Shown piece by piece: positions 9,536 to 17,704 of a stretch of 64,000 bases of DNA; position 1 is the stretch's first letter, and the number at the start of each line of letters is the position of its first letter. The notes under the pieces were generated by a model. It saw nothing but the letters and a program-made list of their open reading frames with translations, was not told where the DNA came from and ran no database searches. Source of the stretch: an uncultured Armatimonadetes bacterium (GTDB lineage: Bacteria; Armatimonadota; UBA5829; DTJY01); the NCBI GenBank assembly GCA_963717145.1, contig OY970325.1:5152001-5216000 (forward strand). The letters are read 5' to 3'. A program made the translations under genes and the position numbers.

Positions 9536-10946
9536 ATCCCCTGAGGGCAGGCCACGTCGAAGCCGAGGTAGTAGCCGAGCGCCTCGGTCACCGCCGGGAC
9601 AACGCTCCCGGGCGTCACGCTGACGTGATGCCGATGCCCGTTCTGCGCAACATACATCAGTACATCCTGCAGCCGGTCGATTCGTGCGACGCCCGCGCAG
9701 CCGAAGAAGCTTTCCGGAATCGGGTCGTCTGTGAACTGACCGTCGCCGAGGTAGAACTTGAGCATTCCCTCTTCAGTCAGCATGCTCGCGAAGGTGAACG
9801 GCGATGGCTTGATCCGCCCGACGTTGCAGCCGTAGGAGCAGCCCTGACCGACGGCATTGCTGAGTATCGCGTGCTCCGTTACGTTGCCCTTTGCGGTCAT
9901 CATCGACTGAGGGACCGGGCCGCAGTGGAAGAGTATGCACTTGTCATCGTCGGTGCCGTAGTTGTTGTTCCAGTCCAGGCACGCCGCGACGTCCCCGGAC
10001 GCTTTACTGATGGCATACATCGAGACGGCGTTGCCTACATCGACCTCGCACGCGGCGTTGACCAGCCGGTTGTTCATCTCTGAGAGCAGCACGCAGGGCG
10101 AGATGCCCAAGACCTGCTGCATCTCGACCCAGCAGCGCACGGCGATCGCATCGAGTTCGTTTTCCTCGATGATCTTATCGATGACGACGCCCATCTTCAC
10201 CAGGACATCGAAAGCCTTCTCCGGCACCCCCGAGAAGTTGGTGTAGCCGTTCAGCGCGTTCTTCTTATCCTTATATCCGGCGTCGTTCGGCGAGATGCTC
10301 TTCAGCCGGTGGAAGACGTCCGACAGGTCGAAGGTCTCCATCGTGATCCCGTGACGCTCGAGCGCAAGTTCATCGATGCGCACCGTCTTGAAAGCGCTCG
10401 TCCGTGCGCCGATCGCGCCGACCCTCATCCGCTTGAGCGCGCCGACGACCCGGCATACGCGGTCGAAGTGATCGACGTTCGCCGCGAATCTCGGGCTGTC
10501 CGGCGCGACTGTGTGCGGCGCGAGGACTGTGAACTGGACGCCGGCCTGGTAGAACACGTCGCAAACCGACATCTTGCCGCAGAACGAGTCACGTCGAAGC
10601 TCGGGGCCATCTTATCGAGGTCATCGGGGTAAGCCTGGACGAAGATCGGGACGCCCGCATCCCTGAGGGCCGCGACAGCTCCGGTCTCATCGCCGAAATT
10701 CGGCAGAGAGAGGATGACTCCATCGAATTCCCCCGCGTGTGCCTTGAGGAACTTCGCGTAGACCTCGCCCTCCGCCGGCGTTTCGATCGCGCCGTGACGC
10801 GTCGCGCCCGCATCGAGCATCAAAGTCTCGTGCCCCAATGCCTTCAGGGCCTTGTCCACCTCGACCCTCGCGGATGCCATTAGGGCGCCGGGGAAGAACC
10901 CTCGGTTGCCGAAGTACAAAGCGAATCTCGACTTGCCACTTGCCAT
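9532..10946 (-). CDS. L-fucose/L-arabinose isomerase family protein; one frameshift near 10602
   Basis: NRGFFP, LPNFGDE, RRDSFCGK restored across the shift, ACEVD, FHCGP, GHRHHV. Confidence 0.82.
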
Positions 10947-10985
10947 ATCAACACTTCCTTTCCTGTTTGCTACCTGGAGAATCAC

Positions 10986-11096
10986 CACCGTCAGTCCTGA
11001 GTAGCCGGTGAATGACGGCATAACGAAGGACGGCTCGGTGCAATAAGACCGTCCTTCGTTATGCCGTCATTCACCGGCTACTCAGGACTGACGGTG
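10986..11096. repeat. Perfect 48-bp inverted repeat with 15-nt loop (CGTC-tagged palindrome)
   Basis: 10986-11033 is the exact reverse complement of 11049-11096. Confidence 0.92.
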
Positions 11097-11119
11097 ACGG
11101 CCCCTTGAGATGTGATTCC

Positions 11120-12046
11120 TCAAGAGGGAAGATGGAGCCGCGACGCCGTGCCCTCGATGTGGTAGACGTCGCATATCAACTGCCTCATCTTCTCGGTGAC
11201 GGCCTTCTGTCCGGCCTGGACGCTGCCCGTCTCGTCCAGCGCCTTCAAGTATGGCTGGCGGATGTCCGTCCCGATATTGATCTTCGCGATTCCATTGCGA
11301 ATTGCCTGCTCGATGTACGAATGATGTATGCCCGAACCGCCGTGCAGGACGAGCGGGATGCCGGTCGCATCGTGAAGCAGCCGCAGGTGTTCGATATCGA
11401 GCTTCGCCTGCACCTTCGCCTGATGCCTGGCCGACGGGGCGATCGCTCCGTGGACCGATCCGACCGACACCGACAGCCAATCCACGCCGGTTTCCTCGAC
11501 GAACCTGCGCGCCTCATCGACTCGCGTGAATCCCGCCTTCTGCGCGAAAAGCTCCTCATATGGAGGCATCGGCCCCGACTCGTGCCCGAGCACCGATCCG
11601 AGTTCGGCCTCCGCGAGCGCTCCCGCCGAGTGCGCCATCCGCACGACTTCCGTGGTCACGGCGATGTTTTCCTCGAGGGAGAGCCGCGAGCCGTCGATCA
11701 TCACGGAATCGTAGCCGAGATCGAGCGCCTCCTGGATGAGCGACTTCCAGTCACAGACGAGCCCATCCTCATCTATCACCGGCGTGTGATCGAGGTGCAG
11801 CCTCGTGACTCGAGTGTCGGCGTGTCGGCCGAACTCCTCCGCGACCGCGGAAGGGCTTATCGCCTCGAACTTGGTGAACTCCAGGCGCGCGACCTCGATC
11901 AGCGCGAATGTGTCGTGCTCGGCCAGCGCCCCCGCGACGGGCTCGAGCATCGGCAGGTACGGGATGTTGAACGCGGGCACGACGATCCCGTTCCGCGCCG
12001 CCGCCAACATTATCCCCGCCAGTTCATTCGGCGCTCTCTCAATCAT
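11120..12046 (-). CDS. Class II fructose/tagatose-bisphosphate aldolase family
   Basis: VPAFNI, LHLDH, SVMIDGS, EAELG, VGSVHG, LVLHGGSG, KINIGT. Confidence 0.92.
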   Translation of the reverse strand: MIERAPNELAGIMLAAARNGIVVPAFNIPYLPMLEPVAGALAEHDTFALIEVARLEFTKFEAISPSAVAEEFGRHADTRVTRLHLDHTPVIDEDGLVCDWKSLIQEALDLGYDSVMIDGSRLSLEENIAVTTEVVRMAHSAGALAEAELGSVLGHESGPMPPYEELFAQKAGFTRVDEARRFVEETGVDWLSVSVGSVHGAIAPSARHQAKVQAKLDIEHLRLLHDATGIPLVLHGGSGIHHSYIEQAIRNGIAKINIGTDIRQPYLKALDETGSVQAGQKAVTEKMRQLICDVYHIEGTASRLHLPS

Positions 12047-12064
12047 TTACATCCTCCATTGTCC

Positions 12065-12185
12065 GTAGGGGAGGCCTTCAACGGCCTCCCGTGGGCGACC
12101 GTAGAAGGATCGCCCCTACGGTTGTCGGGCGGGCGTGGAAGCCCGCCCCTACGGTTGCCGGGCGGGCGTGGAAGCCCGCCACTAC
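12065..12185. repeat. Cluster of four GTAG-type REPs
   Basis: GTAGGGGAGGCCTTCAACGGCCTCCC, then three CTAC-terminated hairpins, two nearly identical (GGGCGGGCGTGGAAGCCCGCC(C/A)CTAC). Confidence 0.85.
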
Positions 12186-13237
12186 TTCTTCAGCGCCCCG
12201 AGGTAATTCCCGAATCCTACGACGATGGTGGACGCGATCAGCACGATGATCCCCGCGAAGACGATGTTGTGCGTCCGTCGGCTCGTGCCCTTCCACTCGT
12301 GGAACAGGAGCGCCCACATGTTGCTGAAGACGATGATGAACGCCATGTGGATCGTCCAGCTCGAGAACTTGTACGCTCCCATCTTGGTGGTGCCCATGCC
12401 GTAGAACATGAATTGGCAATACCACGTGATCCCCGCGAGCGCCGAGAAGATGTAGTTCGATGCGAGTGATCTGCGGTCGCCCTGGATGTAGTTGATCGCC
12501 GTCCGGTTGCGGTAGTTAAGGATCGCGCACCAGACAAAGTTTGTCAGAAATCCGCCGGCGGCGACTACTATGAGGACTGGCGAGTTCACCCACAGGTTGC
12601 CGGTTCCCATGCCCTCAGCCAGCTTAGCGATCGGTTCGCCCGCCGCAAGCCCGTAGGCCCAGCACGCACTCATCACGCCGGCGAAGATCGCGATCCAGAG
12701 ACCCTTCCTGAAGTTGAACTCACTGATCGTCGCTTGCTTCTGATCGGTCGTGAGTTCGCCTTCCTTTCTCATGCCCGCTCTGCCGCAGACTGCGATCCCC
12801 GCCAGACAGACGAGCACGCCAAGGAGGACGGTCTGTCCCGAGAGCTTCGATACCAGATCACCGAACTCGTGATTGAAGATCGGCGGGATGATCGTGCCGA
12901 ACGCCGCACAGAATCCGAGCGCCAGGGCGTAACCTAGCGACATCCCGAGGTAGCGCATCGAGAGTCCAAACGTCAGGCCGCCGATCCCCCAGAGCACACC
13001 GAACCCAAACGCAAGTAGGATGCTCTTCACCGGGGCATTGGTCAGTACTCCCATGAGGTTCGGGCATACGAGCAGGGCTACGACCCACGGTGCCACGATC
13101 CAGGCGAAGAATCCGCTGACGAGCCAGTAGCTCTCCCACGCCCACTTGCGGACTCTCTTGAACGGGATGTAGAAGCTCCCGGCCGCGAACCCGCCGATTG
13201 CGTGCAGTACGACGCCGAGAAAAGGATTAGGTCCCAC
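12182..13237 (-). CDS. rhaT: L-rhamnose-proton symporter family
   Basis: GSFYIPFKRVRKWAWESYW, LWGIGGLTFGLSMRYLGMSLG, QFMFYGMG, HEWKG; about 10 TM helices; GTG start. Confidence 0.9.
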   Translation of the reverse strand: MGPNPFLGVVLHAIGGFAAGSFYIPFKRVRKWAWESYWLVSGFFAWIVAPWVVALLVCPNLMGVLTNAPVKSILLAFGFGVLWGIGGLTFGLSMRYLGMSLGYALALGFCAAFGTIIPPIFNHEFGDLVSKLSGQTVLLGVLVCLAGIAVCGRAGMRKEGELTTDQKQATISEFNFRKGLWIAIFAGVMSACWAYGLAAGEPIAKLAEGMGTGNLWVNSPVLIVVAAGGFLTNFVWCAILNYRNRTAINYIQGDRRSLASNYIFSALAGITWYCQFMFYGMGTTKMGAYKFSSWTIHMAFIIVFSNMWALLFHEWKGTSRRTHNIVFAGIIVLIASTIVVGFGNYLGALKK

Positions 13238-13270
13238 TCCGAGTTACCCCCTTGCCGACAATGTCAACGC

Positions 13271-13299
13271 ATTCTACCACGCACGCCACGTGGAAACAA
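13271..13299 (-). promoter_or_regulatory. Putative sigma70 promoter for rhaT and downstream genes
   Basis: TTGTTT-17 nt-TAGAAT with extended TG, about 35 bp upstream of the start. Confidence 0.5.
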
Positions 13300-13307
13300 G
13301 GCGAGGT

Positions 13308-13343
13308 CTTTGGAGTGCGATGTCGAGCCATCGCACTCCAAAG
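13308..13343. repeat. 15-bp perfect hairpin (possible terminator or REP-like element)
   Basis: CTTTGGAGTGCGATG-tcgagc-CATCGCACTCCAAAG right after the sulfatase stop. Confidence 0.7.
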
Positions 13344-13344
13344 C

Positions 13345-14727
13345 TTACATCCAGGACGTCGATGCGTCCCAGCGCCTCAGAACGCGGTCCAGATCGACGG
13401 ATATCTCAGACGCACGCGCCTCATCGGCGAGGTTCCGCATCTCGTAGGGATCGGACGCGAGGTCATAGACTTGAGCCGGGCGGTCCGACAGAGTGTGAGT
13501 CTTCTCCTGGAACGGAACGAAGTACAGGTGATCGGTGCTCCTGACCGCCGCTCCGTTTGCGGTCTCGACGAACGCATGCGGTCGATCAGTCACCTGGGAC
13601 TTCCCTCGGATGACCGGGGCGAGGCTGATGCCGTGCACATGGGGCTCCGATGGCGCACCGACGAGGTCGAGCAGCGTCGGCATCAGGTCCACCAGGGAGG
13701 CGACCTGCCGATCCGCGACCATGCCGGATGCCATCCCGGACGGCCAGCGAACGATCATCGGGATGCGGATCGCCTCCTGGTTCGGCCCGCCTTTCTGCAC
13801 CAGGCCGTGACTCCCCAGGTTGTCGCCGTGATCCGACGTGAGCACGACGATCGTGTTCTCCGCCAGCCCCGTGTCATCCAGCGCGCGCAGCATTTTGCCC
13901 ACCGCGTCGTCGGCCCAGGTGGTCAATCCATAGTACTCCGCGATCAGCGCGCGGAGGTCGTATCCCTCCGGCAGATGCTCCGTGTAGGGGAGCTTCATCT
14001 CGTAGTAGCGGAAATCATAGCGGTAGATTTTGAACCAGTGGTCCTGGTCCTTCAATCGCTCGGTCAGATCGACGTTCGGGCGGATGGGAACGTCCTCCGG
14101 GCGATACATCCCCAGGTACTTCTCCGGCGCATCGGCCACCGGACAATGGGGCGGCGAGATGCTGTGGTACAGGAAGAATGGACGGTCCTGATCCGCTTGC
14201 GCGCGCAGATATTCCGCCACGCGGGCGCTCTCGAAATCGACGCTGAATCCCTCCGGCGCGAACTCCGGCCCACCGTTCTCCGTGAAGCACTGTCCCGTAT
14301 GGCAGTGATGCACGCGCGGAATCACGTAGTGGTCGAAGCCGATGTCGTGCGGCCAGGAGTGAATGTGCCACTTGCCGATCGCTGAGGTGTGGTATCCGAG
14401 GTTCTTCAAGCATTCGGGGAGCGTCCGATCGGGGAGATGCGGACGGCCGCGGTCTGGGTATTCGGGCATGTGGCCCTGCCCGGGACGCCATGGGAAGCCG
14501 ACATTCGCGACCCCGCCGGTGCATGTCCGGTTGTACTGCCCGGAGAGCATGACCGAACGCGCGGCCATGCAGACCGGGAAGTTCGTGACAGCGGTCTCGA
14601 AGCGCACGCCTTCCGCGGCCAGCCGGTCGATGTTAGGCGTGCGGATTACCGCGTTCCCATAGCAGCCGACTTCGAATGGTCGCAACTGATCGAGGTTGCA
14701 CAGGATGATGTTTGGGCGCTTGGTCAT
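13345..14727 (-). CDS. Sulfatase, no signal peptide, CxAxR variant
   Basis: PNIILCNLDQLR, CMAARSVMLSGQY, GKWH, TSDHG. Confidence 0.88.
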   Translation of the reverse strand: MTKRPNIILCNLDQLRPFEVGCYGNAVIRTPNIDRLAAEGVRFETAVTNFPVCMAARSVMLSGQYNRTCTGGVANVGFPWRPGQGHMPEYPDRGRPHLPDRTLPECLKNLGYHTSAIGKWHIHSWPHDIGFDHYVIPRVHHCHTGQCFTENGGPEFAPEGFSVDFESARVAEYLRAQADQDRPFFLYHSISPPHCPVADAPEKYLGMYRPEDVPIRPNVDLTERLKDQDHWFKIYRYDFRYYEMKLPYTEHLPEGYDLRALIAEYYGLTTWADDAVGKMLRALDDTGLAENTIVVLTSDHGDNLGSHGLVQKGGPNQEAIRIPMIVRWPSGMASGMVADRQVASLVDLMPTLLDLVGAPSEPHVHGISLAPVIRGKSQVTDRPHAFVETANGAAVRSTDHLYFVPFQEKTHTLSDRPAQVYDLASDPYEMRNLADEARASEISVDLDRVLRRWDASTSWM

Positions 14728-16214
14728 GATCTTTCCCCCGATCTGCTTCGAGCCCAGCGGTCGATGTGCCCTCGAAGCTCCTTCTCGATCTCAGTGTATG
14801 ACGGGTCACCGGCGAAGTTGTGCGTCTCATACGGATCGAGTTCGCGGTCGAAGAGCATATCTCCGTAGCCGTTTGCCTGCGGGACGATCCACTTGCCGAG
14901 CTTGTGCCGGTCCGTGATGACGGTGACCTGCGCGACGCTCTCCGACATGGCGAAACTCCGACCCAGCGGCTCACCGCGCTTCAGGAGAGCCGATAGCGTT
15001 CGGCCCTGCAGCGTGTAGTCCTTCGGATGGCCGATGCCCGCAAGATCGAGCAGCGTCGGATAGAGATCGATCAGCTCGACGAGATCGCTCGCCACAATGC
15101 CCTTCCTGACGCCGGGATACCGGACGATGAGCGGCACACGGAGCGTGTCCTCGTAGACGTTATGCGCGGCGGATGACTTCTCGATCATCCCGTGAGCGCC
15201 GACGAAGTCCCCGTGATCGGAGGTGTAGACGACGATCGTGTTGTCGGCCATCCCTTCCCGTTCGAGGGTGTCGAGGATAGCGCCGATGTGCTGATCGACC
15301 TCCGACACCAAGGCGTAGTAACATGCGATGTAGCGCCGGTAGAGGTTCACATCTTTGGCCGCCAGAGCGAGGCACCAGGGGGTATTCTTATTCTGCCGAA
15401 GCTTGGCCATCCCCGGCGGGAGGTTCTCCTTTGGCTCATAGAGGCTCGGGGGAAGCTGAATCTTCGCCGGGTCGTACATATCGGCGTGCTTCTTGACGGG
15501 AGTGTACGGCTGATGGGGGCGGAGGAATGATGCCCAGCAGAAGAACGGCTGCTTTCGGCCCTTCATATCGCGGAGGAAATCGATCGTCTTGCGGGCGGCG
15601 TAGGACTCCATCGTCTCTTCCGGCTTCAGGTCGCTGATGTGGCTGCCCATCGGAACAGCTTTGCCCTTGCCGTTCTCGCCCATCCAGTCGCGCATGAACG
15701 CGTCCATCTGGCCGCGCTGCTCTATCCACTCATAGTACGTCTCATCCGACTTCTCGTGCCGCGGATCGAGGATCGTGCATGTGCGGTCGAATCCGATATC
15801 CATCGTGCGCGGGAGATGCCGCTTCCCGAATGCCGCCGTGCGGTATCCCTTGTCCTGCAGGTACTTCGCCAGCGGAAGGAATCCGGTCGGACCGCCGCCC
15901 CAGTGCGAGTTGTCGAGGACGCCCAGGGTGCGGCAGTACTTCCCGGTCATCATCGAGGCTCGGGAAGGCACGCATATCCCGTCCTGGCAGTATGCCCTCG
16001 AGAAGCGCACTCCTTCCCCGGCGAGCCTGTCGAGGTGCGGTGTGCGAACGTCCGGATGGCCGGCGCACTGGAGCACGTCCGCATTGTGCTGGTCGGAGTA
16101 GAGGAACAGGATGTTCGGCGGCCCGCTCCGGCGCTCAGCGGCTTCCACTCGGGGATCGATCAGTCCCGCGAGTCCCGCCGCCGCGCAGCCTCGCATGAAA
16201 TCTCTTCTATTCAC
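14724..16214 (-). CDS. Sulfatase, Tat-exported
   Basis: GTG start overlapping the upstream stop; NRRDFM leader; CVPSRASMMTG; TSDHG. Confidence 0.88.
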   Translation of the reverse strand: MNRRDFMRGCAAAGLAGLIDPRVEAAERRSGPPNILFLYSDQHNADVLQCAGHPDVRTPHLDRLAGEGVRFSRAYCQDGICVPSRASMMTGKYCRTLGVLDNSHWGGGPTGFLPLAKYLQDKGYRTAAFGKRHLPRTMDIGFDRTCTILDPRHEKSDETYYEWIEQRGQMDAFMRDWMGENGKGKAVPMGSHISDLKPEETMESYAARKTIDFLRDMKGRKQPFFCWASFLRPHQPYTPVKKHADMYDPAKIQLPPSLYEPKENLPPGMAKLRQNKNTPWCLALAAKDVNLYRRYIACYYALVSEVDQHIGAILDTLEREGMADNTIVVYTSDHGDFVGAHGMIEKSSAAHNVYEDTLRVPLIVRYPGVRKGIVASDLVELIDLYPTLLDLAGIGHPKDYTLQGRTLSALLKRGEPLGRSFAMSESVAQVTVITDRHKLGKWIVPQANGYGDMLFDRELDPYETHNFAGDPSYTEIEKELRGHIDRWARSRSGERS

Positions 16215-17632
16215 CGTCTGATCTCCTTGATACATCGGTCGTCGGTCCAGTGATCGCGGTACCAGGCGCTCGACTCGTTGGTATCGCCGAGTTCTTCCAT
16301 GCGCGTCTGCATCAGCGAGCGGAGATGCTCTCGAACCTCTCCGTGCGCGGGATTTCCTGCCAGGTTGCGCATCTGATACGGATCGGCGATGTTGTCGAAG
16401 AGCAGTTCGCTCCCGTCGCGCCGGTAGACCGCGAAAGTGTGCTGCCGGTTCCGAACCGCGCGCCACTCGAACCCGGGGTCCCAACTCGCGCACGCGCCGG
16501 TGTTCTGCAGGAACGCAACTTTCGGACCAGTTCCGGGCTTCCTGAAGGCAGAGCGGCTTAGATCTGTCCCCTCGACCTTCGATGGGATCGGAAGTCCCAT
16601 CGCGGAGAGAAGCGTGGGCATGATGTCCGGGGTGTTGAGGCAGGCATCCGTCACGCTGCCGGCGGGAGTCCTCCCGGGCATGCGCATGAGGAACGGCACG
16701 CGGACCGCCTCCTCGTAGAAGATGTTCTTTGCGAGCCGTCCCTGCGCGCCGAACATCTCGCCGTGGTCCGACGTGAAGACGACGATCGTGTCGTCCGCCA
16801 CGCCTGCCTTGTCGAGCGCCTTCAGGAGTCGGCCGAAGTTCCAGTCGAGGTTCGCGGTCATCGCGTAGTAGACCCGCATCCAGTCCGGGAGCGCGGCTCG
16901 CTCGCCCGGATTCCTGAAGAGTCCCCAGTTGTCCGAGTAGGGATCGTTCTCGGGCTTGTAGTTCGGCGGGTAGTCGAACTCATGGAGTTCGGTGTCGCCG
17001 GCGAACATCCTCAGGTACTCCGGCGGGACGTTGTCGGCCCCCCACGGCGCGTGCGGAGTGCCGACGGACAGGAAGACGGCGAACGGCTTGTCCCCCCGGG
17101 CATGTTTCTCGATCCGATCGATCGCCAGCGACGTCTGGAAGTCGGGCTCATACCCCTCCACGGGTATCTGCTCGGGCGAGTCGGTATGGTAGAAGCCTTT
17201 GTAGTATTCGTGATTGAAGCCGTAAGACGTCCAGAATCCGTCGAATCCCAGGCGGTAGGGCCCCGGCGGGGTGAAAGAGTTCTTCGGATCGCGGTGATTG
17301 CCGAGTTGGTTCGCCCAGAGATGCCACTTGCCGATGTAGGAGGTGTCGTATCCGCTGCGCGTCAGCACGTGGCCGATGCACTCATGGTTCGGATTGATAC
17401 GCAGCTCGTTGATCACCATGCCGGTCGAGGTCGTATACTGGCCGGTGAAGAGGGAGGCTCGATAAGCGGCGCATACGGGATGGCCCGAGATGGCCTGTCG
17501 GAAGTCGACGCCCTCCGCTGCGAATGCGTTGATATTCGGCGTGCGCGCCCTCGGATCGCCCGCGTGACCGCACGACTGGTATCGAAGCTGATCGGCCACG
17601 AAGAACACGAGATTCGGCTGACGTTGTGCCAT
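16211..17632 (-). CDS. Sulfatase, no signal peptide, CxAxR variant
   Basis: MAQRQPNLVFFVADQLR, CAAYRASLFTGQY, GKWHL, TSDHG; the longer ORF-track call is antisense to the next gene. Confidence 0.88.
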   Translation of the reverse strand: MAQRQPNLVFFVADQLRYQSCGHAGDPRARTPNINAFAAEGVDFRQAISGHPVCAAYRASLFTGQYTTSTGMVINELRINPNHECIGHVLTRSGYDTSYIGKWHLWANQLGNHRDPKNSFTPPGPYRLGFDGFWTSYGFNHEYYKGFYHTDSPEQIPVEGYEPDFQTSLAIDRIEKHARGDKPFAVFLSVGTPHAPWGADNVPPEYLRMFAGDTELHEFDYPPNYKPENDPYSDNWGLFRNPGERAALPDWMRVYYAMTANLDWNFGRLLKALDKAGVADDTIVVFTSDHGEMFGAQGRLAKNIFYEEAVRVPFLMRMPGRTPAGSVTDACLNTPDIMPTLLSAMGLPIPSKVEGTDLSRSAFRKPGTGPKVAFLQNTGACASWDPGFEWRAVRNRQHTFAVYRRDGSELLFDNIADPYQMRNLAGNPAHGEVREHLRSLMQTRMEELGDTNESSAWYRDHWTDDRCIKEIRR

Positions 17633-17704
17633 GATGTATGATTCGCCTTCGAGTTCGTCACTCCCTCTCAGGGAGATTCGGTTCGGATGGCGAATAGTAG
17701 GCAT

